A stretch of 62,375 nucleotides of DNA, filler included, from Chiloscyllium plagiosum (Eukaryota), in the NCBI RefSeq assembly GCF_004010195.1. It is 4 parts of one record of this genome, joined end to end, with 100 filler letters (N's around TTAATTAATTAA, not from the genome) between each part and the next. Parts side by side here need not be neighbours in the genome. Positions count along the whole stretch, not along the records: positions 44,987 to 58,182 come from NC_057717.1; positions 58,283 to 62,375 come from NC_057717.1; 2 more parts are not named here. The stretch is one strand, 5' to 3'. A program made the translations under genes and the position numbers. The notes beneath the pieces are model-generated. The model saw nothing but the letters and a program-made list of their open reading frames with translations, searched no databases and was not told where the DNA came from. This document shows, piece after piece, positions 49,570 through 62,197 of the stretch (position 1 is its first letter; every line of letters begins with the position of its first letter).

Positions 49570-49925
49570 TGAGTTTGGAGAAACAGTTTCTGGGTTCAGG
49601 GAGAGTGACCGTTTGACACTTCAGCAAATTGACACAGGAGCTGAGGAAGAATTGGAAGTTTATGCAAGATAGCGTGGGCAAATCACCAGATTAAAGACCA
49701 CCAAGTCTCACATCAGTGAGAGGGAAACAATTGTAGAAAATTCGGAGGGCTATTGAGGCTGGATCATTAAATATCTTCAAGTCTGAGACAGAAAGATTTT
49801 TATACAAATGTTACGGTGAAATCGCAGGAAAATGGAATGGGGGATTAGCAAAATAAATATAACCCAATCGAAGGAAAAGCAGACTCAGTGAGAGGACAGA
49901 CATATTGTTGCCCCTAGGTCTAATG
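49570..49925 (+). mobile_element. Old CR1 3' fragment
   Basis: GAGGGCTATTGAGGCTGGATCATTAAATATCTTCAAG...AGATTTTT. Confidence 0.55.
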
Positions 49926-50541
49926 GTGTTCTTTTCGAATAACCCTGTATTCACAGGAACATCCACCTCTCTCACTATGGAGTGACACATAGCTTGGAAT
50001 GCAAGCGAGGGATTCAAGGAATTCATAAACGCGATACTAATAGATAGAAAGTACGAGAGGACTGGGATAACACGGATTGCCTGTCGGGGTGAGGATCTGC
50101 ATCGACATAGTCTCCACTACCAGAAGGAAGACCTCAGCAAGACACCCTCCAAGGCCAAGCAGAGACCTGCACTGGGGAGCAGGTAGTCAGGGGCCAGACG
50201 TCAAGGAGTGCTGAAGACCTAAACACTACATCACTGTCGTGTCTCCTTCCTTCCCTGACCAAGACTGTATATGGAGGGGTAGAGAGACATGCCGTTGTAG
50301 CAGAGTAAGTAGTAAGGCTTTGACACGAGAGGCTTGGGACAGCTCCAGCTCAGCAAAATGTACAGGGAAACTGAAATAAAGTCCTTTTAACTTTATTGTT
50401 ACAGCAGTCGAGATGGCAGTCGTACGTTCCTCTTGTGGGATGTGGGAGCTCACGGAGATTTCCACCATCCCTGAAGACTACACGTGTGGAATGTGCACCC
50501 AGCTTCAGCTCCTGGGAGACCGTGTTAGGGAGCTGGAGCTG

Positions 50542-50838
50542 GGCGGCACGGCACGGTGGCTCAGTGGTTAGCACTGCTATCTCATAGTATCAGGGAACAG
50601 GGTTTAAATCCTGGCTCGGGCAACTGTCTGTGAGGAGTTTCCCCATTCTCGCCCGTGTCTGCATGGGATCCTCTGGGTGATGCGTGTTTCCTTCCACAAT
50701 TCAAAGATGTGCAGGTTAGGTGCATTGGTCATGCTAAATTGCCTGTAGTGTTGGGGATTGGGTCTAGGTGAGCTGCTCGTCAGTGCAGATTTGTTGGGCC
50801 GAAGGGCCTGTTTACACACTGTAGGTAATCTAATTTAG
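50542..50838 (+). mobile_element. HE1-like SINE inserted in CR1 ORF1
   Basis: GGCACGGTGGCTCAGTGGTTAGC head and TAATCTAAT tail. ORF1 (ELEL|DALRVIR) continues on both sides. Confidence 0.9.
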
Positions 50839-50892
50839 GATGCACTCAGGGTCATCCGAGATACTCAGAACTTCATAGAGTTCATAGAGTTA

Positions 50893-51128
50893 AGGTGAAG
50901 GGTGGAAGGTATAGGGGAGATGTCAGGGGTGGGTTCTTTACCCAGAGAGTGGTGGGGGCATGGAATGCGCTGCCCGTGGGAGTGGTAGAGTCGGAATCAT
51001 TGGCGACCTTTTAGCGGCATTTGGATAGGTACATGGATGGGTACTTAATCTAGGCTAGAAGTTCGGCACAACATCGTGGGCCGAAGGGCCTGTTCTGTGC
51101 TGTATTGTTCTATGTTCTATGTTCTATA
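50893..51128 (+). mobile_element. Short 5'-truncated CR1 3' end
   Basis: Ends GGCCGAAGGGCCTGTTCTGTGCTGTATT(GTTCTAT)3. Same subfamily as 8967-9735. Confidence 0.9.
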
Positions 51129-53452
51129 AGTGCTTTTGTGTGGTGGCCACACCCAAGACACGCCCCTAGTTATGTTTCTTTAATGACTGTAATATTCCAG
51201 TCCAACGTTCATCACCCTCAGTTCATTAGCTTTACCTCTCAGTCCTGTTGTATTTAAATAAACACAATTTAATCCAAACAGGGGTTCCTTGCTTCCTGTC
51301 ATCTTCCAGGCAGAGAGTAGCTGTGAGACCACCAGGAATGGCAAAGGGATTAGGCAGAGAGTGCAGAAATCAAATCCCCTGTGGCCATTCCCCTCGATAA
51401 CAAGTAGACCATTTTGGATTGTTGGGGGCGATGTCCGTTCAGGGGAAAGCAGCAGTAGCCAGGTTGGTTGGTACTACGACTGGCTCTGGGGTACAGCGGG
51501 AAAGGGTAAAGGTAAACAGGACATTCAAGATAGGAGGGTCGATTGTTTGAGGGACAGATCGGAGATTCTGTGGCCACAAACGGGAATCCAGGATGGTGCG
51601 TTACCTCCCAGGTGCTAGGGTCCAGGATGTCTTCAAGTGGCTGCAGAACATTCTGTAGGGGTTGGTGAGCAGCCAGAAATCATTATGCACGTTGGCACAA
51701 ATGATACCCGTAGAAATAGGGACGAGGTCCTGCAGCGTGATTACAGAGACCTAGGAGAAACATTTAAAAAGAAAACCTTGACAGTGGTAACCTCCTGAGA
51801 GGGGGATTACCGTCCGAGGCATGCACGTAGGGGACACCAGTATCTTGGCGGCCAGTTTTGCTAGTGTTACAAGGGTGGGATTAAACTAGATTGGCAAGGG
51901 GTGGTATCCTGAAGAGCAGGGAGGCAAGTGTGAGGCTGGAAGGAGATACAGTAATCAGAAATGGTAAGATTAGGCTGGAAAACGACAGAGAGAAATGTCT
52001 TTTGGATTAAATTGCATCTATTTGAATGCAAGAAGGCCTACAGGTAAGGCTGATCAACTCAGGGCATGGATAGGTAGGTGGGACTGGTATATTATAGCCA
52101 TTACACAAACATGGCTAAGTGATGGATAGGACTGACAGCTTAATGTGCCAGGGCACAGGTGCTTTAGGTGAGACAGAGATGGCGGAAGGATGGGAGGGGA
52201 GTTGCATTTCTGATTAAGGGGAGTGCCACAGCAGTAATCAGAGATAAAATAACTGATGGATCACCCAGTGAGGCTTTGTGGGTGGAGTTAAGAAATAGTA
52301 AGGGGTTGGTGAGGTGATTGGGGATGTACTCTTGGCCCCCAAATAATCAACAGGAATGAGAGTAACAAATATGCAGTGAGAGAGGGGAGACCAGCAGGAG
52401 TAATAGAGTTATCATAATAGGGGATTTTATTTTTTCTAATACAGACTGGAACGGCCAGAGCGTTCAGGGATTTGATGAGATAGAATCTGGTAAAAGCTTC
52501 AGGAAAGTTTCCTCAAGCAGTATATAGAGTATACTCGGGAAGGGGCAAAACTCGAAATTTTCATCGGAAATAGGGCAGGGCAGGTGACTGAGTTAACAGT
52601 GGGGTAGCACTTTATCACAAGTAACCATAGTTCTATTAATTTTTAAATAGTTATGGAGAGGGACAAAACTGGTCCACAGGCTCATGTTCGAACTTGGGGC
52701 GTGGCTCAGGTCCAGGCAGCTGGGATCAAGGGAATCCCTGGAGGTATATAAGAGATACAGGATTTTACTGAAGAAAGAAATCAGTAGGGTGAAAAGGGGG
52801 CAAGAAAGAGCCTTGGCTGAGAAGATTAGGATGAATCCAAAAAGGTACTGTAAATATATTAAAAGAAAAATCTGGATAGAAAATAGGACCCCTCGAAGAC
52901 GAATGTGGACAAGTATGTGTGGAACTATAAGAGATGGGTGAAGTCCTCAACGAATATTTCTACTCTATGTTGACTTGAGAACTTGAGGAAGTTAGTGGTG
53001 ATATCTTAGGGACAATCCATATCATAGTAGAGGAGATTTTGGACGTACTGGAATTGTTTGAAAGTGGATAAATCTCGCTGTCCTTACCTGATATATCCAA
53101 GAACAACTCAAGGGGCTCCAGAAGAATTTGCGGGGACCCTGGCTTATAATGTTTATCATCAGTAACCACAGGTAATGTCCTGGAAGAATGGACGATAGCA
53201 AATGTTGTGCCCTTATTCAACAAGAACAGAACAAAAAAAGCCTTGGAACTATAGACCAGTAGTTTGAACATCTGTGGTAGGTACGTTACTTGTGAAGGTT
53301 CTGAGGGATAAGATTTACATGCATTTAGAAAGACAGGCTTTGATTAGGAATAGTAAGTGTGGCTTTGTGCGAGGAAGTTTGTGCCTGACAATTCTCTTAA
53401 TGTAATTGGATGATGTGATCAGGACGATTGACTTGGGTGGGACAGTAGACCT

Positions 53453-53650
53453 CAAAACATGTGGTGCTGGATAAGCACAGCAGGTGTTCGAGGGACAGGA
53501 GAATCTTTGTTTCGGACATAAGCCCTTCATCAGGAACGTCCAAAACATCGATTCTCCTGTTTCTTTGATGCTGCCTGACCTGCCGTGTTTATCCAGTGTC
53601 AAACTTTTTGACACTGATCTCCAGCATCTCCCGTGCTCACTTTCTCCATG
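53453..53650. mobile_element. Head-to-head Penelope pLTR pair with a hammerhead core on the minus strand
   Basis: The minus strand at ~53505-53534 reads CCTGATGAAGGGCTTATGTCCGAAAC. The opposed arm starts at ~53540. Inserted in the CR1 RT. Confidence 0.8.
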
Positions 53651-53899
53651 GGCGGTAGATTTCGTCGATATGGATTTCAGTTACACCAGAACAGAATGAG
53701 GCTTTTCAGCCCCTGGAGCCTGATGTACAATTACAGGAGGAGGCCAATAAGCCCCTCGGGCCTATAAAGCTGTAACCAGATCATGCAGCACCAGTATCCA
53801 GTTGCACAGCAACAGGATCAATCTGTTCAGCTGCTTGAATCAGTATCACAGGAAATGGAAGAGGCCACAAAGTGACTCGACTATCGGGTATACTGGAAT

Positions 53900-54530
53900 A
53901 AAACCAGGCTACATAGCCCCTAAGACCTGCCCTTCCATTCAGTAAGTCAAGGTTGATTTGCACTCGGCCGCAATTTCTCTTTAATGCCCAATTCTGTGTC
54001 GCCCTCGACTCTCTGACTGGTCAAAACCCATTGAAACCCACTCGCTCCCCACCAAAATTTCAGTGATGTGGCCCCCGCTAACCATCACTACTCTCTGAGA
54101 GAAAGAAACACTCCCCACACATATACCTTGGCCTATTGACATGGATAGAAGATATGAACACAGCGTAGTCCTGATATCACGGCAAAATTTGATTGAGCAA
54201 GATGTCAAGGAGACTGAACAAAATTTAACTTGATGGGAATCAGTTTTAAACTCTCCGCTGGTTGAATCATTCAAAGCACAATGGGGCTGGTGGATATCAA
54301 ACCTCCCAGTCCCTGGATATCTCTATGCGGAATCCTCAGGGGAGCTTCTTTGGCACAAACATCTTCAGCTGCTTCATCAATGTCTTTCCCTCTGTCATAC
54401 GATCAGGGGTGGGGATGTTCTTTGAAGATTATACAATGTTCAGAACAATGCATCACCTCCTAAAGTACTAAAGTATCAACTCTGGACAACATTCGAGCTT
54501 GTGCTGTTAATGTATAGGAAACACTAATCA
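53900..54530. repeat. Old paralog of the 4785-5330 CR1/L2 composite
   Basis: Same fusion junction: CTCTGAGAGAAAGAAACAC...TTGACAT...ATATGAACAC versus CTCTGTGAGAAGGAAACAC...TTGACAT...ATATGAACAC. Confidence 0.7.
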
Positions 54531-54699
54531 AAAGCACTGCTGGCCACTAAACATTTCCACGGTTAAAAGAAAGAGGAACCCCTTCAGCAACTCTAGCTGG
54601 TTTCACAGTAATATAAGAAAGCCATTCAGCCCATCAGATCTATTGGATAACAAGACGCACAATCCGTTCACTCACTCCTGCCTACTACACAAGAAGACA

Positions 54700-55500
54700 A
54701 TTTAAAATAAAAGCACGTGTTGGAATCCAAATACATACGCAGGAAGCTGGAAGAACGTAATAAGCCAGGCAGCACAAAGACTTTGAGAAGTGAACGCCTT
54801 GGATATAACCCATCGTCAGGGCTGTGGATGGGAGTAATGGTGGCTATAGATAAAGTGGCGGGTGAGGGAGGAGGAAGCAGAGTGGCGAGGTGGGGATAAG
54901 TGAACACAGACAAAGGGTATCAGCGAGTTGTTGATAGGAGGGCTGAATCCAGTTGGTGGCTGGACAAAAGGTTGCTCAGAGTAATGGAAGGGAGGGGAGG
55001 GCTTGGGAAGGGAGTCGTGGGATTGGGAGGGAGGTTATTAGAAATTGGAGATCTCAATGTTGAGTCCCGGGGGTGTAGGCTGCACAGGTGACAGATGAGA
55101 TCTTGTTCCTCCAAATTATGGTTTGGTTCATTGTGGCAATGAAGGAGGCCAAGGATGACAATGTCAGAAAGGGATTGGGAAAGAGAATTGAAATCGGAAG
55201 TGAATGTGAGGTCTTCCATTCCACCTAACAACCCTACCTTTTAGCTTCCAACCGGATTCATCCCTCCCATTGCCCAACCAGGTTGCACCAACCACTTGTG
55301 TCCACATAGCCATAACTCACCATTCCTCCAATCTCCCCACCCCACTCCCTTCCCTCTTTATCTGCAGCTCCGCCTACCCCCAACCCAGTTGTGAAGCATG
55401 GTTATACCTGAAATGTTGACTTTCCCAGCTCATGATGCTGCCTGGCTTGCTGTGTTCTTCCAGCCTTCTATTTGTCTCCTTTAATTCCGGAAGATAGAAT
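54700..55500. mobile_element. Penelope-like 3' remnant (-) with an inverted terminal copy (+)
   Basis: ORF 54920..55231(-) ILGLLHCHNEPNHNLEEQDLI matches the GIY-YIG C-terminus. Degenerate hammerhead-like cores at ~54800-54820(-) and ~55390-55420(+). Confidence 0.75.
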
Positions 55501-55851
55501 CTAGTGAGCACAACGTGCTGGTAGGCAGAAACCAAGGGTTGCCCACTGAAGTCCTTGAACCTGTGCCCTTGGGTCAGAAGGAAGACATTCAGTTCCTCGA
55601 GACACTGACACATGAACAGAAAAAGTCATTCAGCCCCTCCAAACTGTTATACTAAATAGGAGGATGTCATTGTTCCTGCAACACGACTAACCAATGAGGA
55701 ATAGACTGCACAGGCAGGCTCCTCCGTGTTGTTCCTCCTGGTTCCATTGCTAATTGTACACACGTGTTATGTTAAAGTGGTTTGCAGATTTTGAGGAGGG
55801 AAAGTAATTGGTTTGTACCAAGTCCCAAGGAGGAATCTTCCATCGCCGAGA

Positions 55852-56508
55852 TGTTATGGACTAGCCTAGACCACTCCAAACACTTTTAAGCAGGCAGCTC
55901 AGAGCATACCTTTGCAACTTGTTTCGGTAAGTTTATAATGAAAATTAACTGGAGTAATTTAGTTGGGGTGACTGGTAGATTTTAAAACAGACAAATACTT
56001 TATTCATAAAATTACACAATGAAACACAAAGAACAGAAGAAACAATCACTACAGAATCCAACCTATTCATCTAGACTTAAGTATGCTGTTCCTAATATAC
56101 ACAACTGTCCCAATAAGCAAACTCCCAATAAAAACCAGTATAAATGGAACACAAACTTCCAGGTTGAAGTTGAAGGTCAGAAAAGAGAGAGAGTTTCCAC
56201 ACAGCTCCCAGTTGAACTTCCCAGTTCAAGACTCAACTGAAAACTGCTCAGCTCAGCGAGTTCAGCTAAAATAACTCACCACTCTCCATTCATTATACTG
56301 GTCACTTATAAAGCATGGCCACTTTGGCCTGAAGTCTTATCTGTTTCCATATAAACAAAAGGCCTCTGAAAATCATTTTCATCTTTGTACCAAACCATGC
56401 TGATCGGAGCTTGGCCCCGTTTTATTATGCCTCTGAAAAAAACCAAGGGCAGAGTCTCCTTGAGCTAAGGAACAGCTTTTAGACAAAAAAGGGACTTGCT
56501 TTATGACA
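55852..56508 (-). mobile_element. 3' LTR of a Gypsy element (657 bp)
   Basis: TGTTATG...TATGACA ends (TG..CA). On the minus strand it is preceded by the purine tract AAGGGGGGCAAAGA. Confidence 0.85.
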
Positions 56509-58182
56509 TGTCTTTGCCCCCCTTAAAAAAAAAGAACCATCAATGTTAAAAGGTGGCTGCATTTTTAACCCTTCAAACCCAGTTAGTAGCCTCAAAACTG
56601 ACAGATACACTATATTAATTGTAAACATTCAAACATGCACAAACCCATGCTAATTCAGGCCGTGGTGTACCCACCACCAAACACCTCCGTATCTCATTCG
56701 AGTCTGAATAACTCATCAGCTTCTACGTGTTCACGATCTGCCACACGCACAATTGTCAGATCGAATATAGTCCAATTGGCGTTATGAAAGCCGAAATTGC
56801 CTTTGCTCTCTCTGACAGAGATCCTTGCCAATAGCCTCTGAGCAAATCTAACTTATAAATGTAATAAGCTTCTCCCACCTTTCCGATACAGATCTTCAAA
56901 CATGGAATTGGATATGCAACAGTCTTTGTAATGAAGTTTACTAGGTGATAGTCCACATATCTCCGTTGGGTAACATCTGGCTTTGCCACCATAGCTATAC
57001 ATGAGCTCGAATCACTGTAACTCAGTTCGATTTTTGCCATCTTGGAGCGTGTGCTCTATCTCCTTCTGAATCAGTGCCAACTTTAGAGGGGAATGCCTTT
57101 CAGGATGTTGCTTAATCGGAACAACATCTCCTGTGTCTTCATCATGCACAATTATGTTCGTACTTCCCACTTTATTTCTTCATATCTCTCCACGATATCA
57201 TAATAACTCTTTCAGGTCACTATGATTTTCTTGTGGCAGGTAACTCCGTAACTTATCCCAATTTTTGACAACTTTCTCATTGTTCAATTTGATATAGGAA
57301 TGTCCAATTCAGAATCCTCTGAACTTGTTTCTTCCTTCTGTGCTGTAAGCATTAATACCTTCTCCTCTTGCTTTCTCTCCCTATCAAAATACCTGTTGAG
57401 CATATTCACATGACACACTCTGTGAGATTTCATCCTGTCTGGAGTCCGTACCAAGTAGTTCACCTCATTCAATTTCTTCCCAATTTGATAAGGTACACTA
57501 AAACTTGCTTCTAAGGGCTCAACCGTTACTGGAAGTGACACCAATACCTTATTCCCAAATGCAAAATTGCGAATTTGTGATTTCTGATCCACTTCCTGTT
57601 TCATTGTATGCTGTGATACTTTTAAATGCTGTCGAGCCAACTCTCCAGTTCTATTTAATCGTTCCCTAAAATTTCACACATCGTCCAAATGGGTGGTCTC
57701 TGAATTCTGACTTATTAATTTCTCCTTAACCAATGATAATGGTCCTTTTACGTCATGCCCACAAATTTATTCAAATAGTCTGAATTTGGTCGATTCATTC
57801 CGTGTGTCTCTGATCACAAATAGTTCAAAAGGAATTTCCTTATCGCAACTGGATTATCCTGACCATAAACCCTCAACATGGTCTTCACTGTTGGATGCCA
57901 TCTCGCTCATGCTCACTGTGATTCCGAATACTACGTAGTAGATTTGAATTGCTTTATTCTAAATTTATCCATCACCTGCTTGAATAGTTCGGATGTGAGG
58001 TTTGATCTGTCTGGATCTCTATTGGTAGTCCATACCTAGTTAAAAAATAAGTATTTTTTTCTACATCTCTTTTAGCTGTAATGCTGCATAATGGGTCTGC
58101 CTCTGGAAATCTAGTCGACACATCCATTATTGTTAATAAATCCCACTTTTTGATTGAGGTAGGGGACCTACACAATCTATCA
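56509..58182 (-). mobile_element. Gypsy pol remnant with IN-RT-(RH) order (Gmr1-like)
   Basis: Integrase LLTIMDVSTRFPEA...RYGLPIEIQTDQ (58175-57972), GPY/F-type region (57640-57284), then RT MVAKPD..R.YVDY...KLDLLRGYWQ...AFITP (57040-56756), then an RNase H end-like motif at ~56700-56760. Confidence 0.88.
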
Positions 58183-58282
58183 NNNNNNNNNNNNNNNNNN
58201 NNNNNNNNNNNNNNNNNNNNNNNNNNTTAATTAATTAANNNNNNNNNNNNNNNNNNNNNNNNNNNNNNNNNNNNNNNNNNNN
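58183..58282. other. Artificial scaffold join
   Basis: N44-TTAATTAATTAA-N44. Confidence 0.95.
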
Positions 58283-60697
58283 TGCAGACAGTGGAAATGT
58301 GGAGCTGGTTTCAGGAACAGTTAGTGTGTGTCCTTGATAGGTATGTCCCTGTGGGAAGAAGTGATAAGGAAAGGGAACCGTGGTTTACGAAAGAAATTGC
58401 ATCGTTTGTTAAGAAGAAGAAGAAGGAAGCTTATGTGTTTATGAGGCAAGATGATCAGATGAGACGATGGAGAGTTGTAGATCAGCAAGGAAGGATTTAA
58501 AGAGAGATTTAAGAAGAGAATAGAGAGGACATGAGCAGTCTTTAGCAAATAGAATAAAGGAGAACCCTAAAACTTTCTAGAGGTATGTGAGGAATAAAAG
58601 GATGATGAGGATAGGAATAGGGCCAGTCAAAGACAGAAGCGGGAAGTTGATTGTGCACCTTGTGGAGATCGGAGAGTTACTGATCGAACATTTCTCATCG
58701 GTTTTCACTCAGGAAAAGGAGAATATTGTAGAGGAGAAGAATGGGGTACGAGATATTACACCAGAAAGGATAGAGGTTCGTTATGAACAGGTGTTATCAA
58801 TTCCGGAAGGAGTGCAAGTAGAGAAGTCCCCTGGACCGAATGGGATTTATCCAAGGATTCTCTGGGAAGCTAGGGAGGAAATAGCAGAGCCTTTGGCTTT
58901 GATATTTGAGACGTCATTGTCTACAGGTTTAGTACTCGAGGACTGGAGGATTGCAAATGTTGTGCACTTGTTCAAGAAGGGCAGTAGAGATGACCCAAGT
59001 AATTAAAAACCGTTGAGCCTTACTTCTGTTGTAGGAAAGGTTGTGGAAAGGATTATGTATAATCATCTAGCAAGCAACAATTTGATTTCAGATATTCAAT
59101 ATGGCTTCGTCAAAGGCAGGTCGTGTCTCACAAATCTCATTGATTTTTTTGAGAAGGTGACCAAGCATGTAGGTGAGGGTAGGGCAGTTGATGATGTATA
59201 CATGGACTTCAGTAAAGCCTTTGATAAGGTTCCACATGGTAGGCTGTTGCAGAAAATGCAGAGGCGTGGAATTGGCGGTAATTTAGCAGTTTGGAGTTGA
59301 AACTAGCTTTCTGAAAGAAGGCAGCCAGTGGTGGTTGACGGAAAATATTCAGCCTGGAGTCCAATGACTAGTGGTGTGCCACAAGAGTCTGTTTTGGGAC
59401 CACTGCTGTTTGTCATTTTTAAAAATGACTTAGACACAGGCACAGGTGAATGGATTAATACATTTGCAAACAACACTAAAGTCGGTGGTGTAGTGGGCAG
59501 TTTGGAAGAATGTTACCAGTTGCAGGGGGACTTGGATAAACAACAGAATTGGGCTGAGGTGGCAAATGGAGTTCAATGCAGCTAAATGTGAGGTGATGCA
59601 CTTTGGGAAGAAAAACAGGAAGGCAGAGTACTGGGTCAATGGAAAGATTCTTTGTAGTCTGGATGTGCAAAGGGATCTTGGAGTCCATGTACATCAATCC
59701 CTGCAAGTTGCCACCCAGGCGGATAGTGCTGTTAAAAAGGCATACGGTTTGTTAGGTTTCATTCGTAGAGGGATTGAGTTCCGGAGCCGCAATATCATGC
59801 TGCAACTGTACAAAACGCTTGTGCGGGCACACTTGGAATATTGTGTACAGTTCTAGTCGCCCCATTACAAAAAAGATGTGGAAGCATGCAAAATGTGGAG
59901 AGGAGATTTGCCAGGATGTTGCCTGGTCTGGAGGGAAGGTCTTATGAGGAAAGGCTGAGAGACTTGGGTCTGTTCTCATTGGAAAGAAGAAGGCTAAGAG
60001 GGGTTTTGTTAGAGACATGCAAGATGACGGCACGGTGGCACAGTGGTTAGCACTGCTGCCTCGCAGCGCCAGAGACCCGGGTTCAACTCCCGCCTCAGGC
60101 GACTCTCTGTGTGGAGTTTGCACATTCTCCCCGTGTCTGCGTGGGTTTCCTCCGGGTGCTCCGGTTTCCTCCCATAATCCAAAAATGTGCAGGTTAGGTG
60201 AATTGGCCATGCTAAATTGCCCGTAGTGTTAGCTGAAGGGGTAAATGTAGGAGTATGGGTCTGGGTGGTATACGCTTCGGAGGGTCGGTGTAGACTTGTT
60301 GGGCCGAAGGGCCTGTTTCCACACTGTAAGTAATCTAATCTAATCTAATCATGACCAGAGGATTAGATAGGGTAGACATTTAAAGTCTTTTTCCTGGGAT
60401 GATGATGTCAGTGTGTACGAGGGAGTACAAGCTACAAATTGAGGGGTGATAGATTTAAGACAGATATCAGAGGCAGGTTTATTTCACAGAGATTGGTAAG
60501 GGCTTGGAATGCTCTACCTGCTAATGGAGTTAACTCAGCCACATTGGGGGATTTAAATAATCCTTAGATAAGCACATAGATGGTTTTGGGATAGCATAGG
60601 GGGACGAGCTGAGAATACTTCATAGGTCGGAGCAACATAAAGGGCCAAAAGGCCAGTTCTGCGTTGTATTGTTCTGTGTTCTATGTTCTTTGTTCTA
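58283..60697 (+). mobile_element. CR1 LINE ORF2 (linker, RT, 3' tail)
   Basis: KSPGPNGIYPRIL, EDWRIANVVHLFKKG, YMDFSKAFDKVPH, SGVPQESVLGPLLF, LYKTLVRAHLEYCVQF, and a GTTCT-type tail. Confidence 0.93.
60029..60350 (+). mobile_element. Full-length HE1-like SINE with TSD
   Basis: ATGAC at 60024-60028 and 60351-60355, A/B boxes, (TAATC)4 tail. Confidence 0.93.
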
Positions 60698-61845
60698 AGA
60701 GTGGTAATTCAATCTTCCAGGTGTTAGATGCTACAGAAAGGATAGAAAAGGAGACATGGGATGGGGGAGCGGTAGGTGGGCAGGGCTGGCAATTTTGATT
60801 AAGGAATAAATTATTGGTCTAACTAGGGAAGATATTTCAAAAAACCCATCCAGTTAAAATATATGGGTAGAAATTAAAGATAAGAAAGTAAAGGACACTT
60901 CGAAGAGATTGTGCTACATGCTCGTTTGTGACAAATCGTCCGGTGAAAATATATTGGTAGAACTTAAAAGTCAGAAAGAAAGGAACACGTTGATGGAATT
61001 GTATTGTATGCTCCCCAGTAGTAAGGAAGAAATTAGGAACAAAGATGTAGGGAGATCGCAGATATATGTAAACTTAATAAGATTGTAATAATGGGGGGAT
61101 CTTAAATTTCCAAACCTTGACTGTTACTAACTTTGTGTTAAAGGTTTGGACGATGAAGAATTTGTCCAATGTGTTCAAGAAAATTTTCTTATTCAATATG
61201 TGGCTGCTACTACTAGAGAATGAACAAAACTAGACCTTATTTTGTGCAATAACAGGGCAAGTGACTAAAGTAAAAGTGTGGGAATACGATGGCCGTTACG
61301 ATCCTCACTCTATTCGTTTCAGAATGGTTATGGAAAAGGATAAGCCTTCCAGTAATATTATCTTTTTTAACTGGAGTGCCATAAATTTCAATGACCTGAG
61401 ACAAGGACCTTCCAAGTTTGATTTAAGGAGACTGTTAGCAGGTGAAGAGAACCTGTGACAAGTGGAAGGCATTCAAAAGTATGATTATGAGAACTGAGAG
61501 GCATTATGTTCTTGATGGAAGGAAGCGTAAGGCTGGTAAGATTAAGGAACAATGGATGACTAAAGTTATTGAGGCTCTACTCAAGAATAAAAGAGAATCT
61601 TAATTTAGATATCGACAACTTCAATCAATCGAATCTCTGAAACTAAATAAAGCGTGTTGGACATTACTTAGAGAGAAATGAGGAAAGCAAAAAGGGGACA
61701 TGAGATAGCATGGACAGATAAGGTTCAGAATACACTAAAGATATTGTACAAAAACCTTAAAAGCAAGAGGGTAACCAGGGAGAGGGCAAGGCCTCTTAAA
61801 GATTAAGGAGGACATCTTTGTGTTGTACCACAGTAGATGTGGAAT
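60698..61845 (+). mobile_element. Older CR1 endonuclease/linker fragment
   Basis: IWVELK, VIMGDL.FP.LD and LDLILCN motifs with many stops. Diverged ~90-bp internal duplication (~60849 and ~60939). Confidence 0.75.
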
Positions 61846-61869
61846 AAAATCATTCCATTCCCAGTGCAT

Positions 61870-62190
61870 CAGACAGCGGCAAATACACATTGTCTGCACC
61901 CCTCAATCATTCAGATTGAACTCTCTCTCTGCTATTTGTCAACCTATTGATCCATTTCATCAGGATCCTTTTGTAATCTTAGAAAGGCTTCTTCACTGCC
62001 CACGATGCCACCAGTTTTGGTGTCATCCGCAAACTTACTAACCATGCTTTTTATATTGTCATCCAATCCTTTCCATAAATAACCGAACAATGAAAACCCA
62101 GAATGAACCTCTGTGGAACAATGCTGGTCACATGCCTCAGTCTGAAAAGCAACCACCCACCATTACTCGCTATGGCCTGTTATTATACCA
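61870..62190 (-). mobile_element. CR1 RT fragment
   Basis: ORF 61944..62156(-) reads MVSKFADDTKTGG...LRLQKD. Confidence 0.85.
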
Positions 62191-62197
62191 ATTGAAA

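Larger units (their letters stand above)
50150..53682 (+). mobile_element. CR1 LINE from 5'UTR through ORF1 (zinc finger, esterase) and ORF2 into RT, with nested insertions
   Basis: ORF1 start at 50413. Esterase-like IGGSIV.GTDRRFCG...LPGARVQDV at ~51530-51630. Endonuclease CIYLNAR at ~52013 and IIAITQTWL. RT EEWTIANVVPLFNK. Confidence 0.88.
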
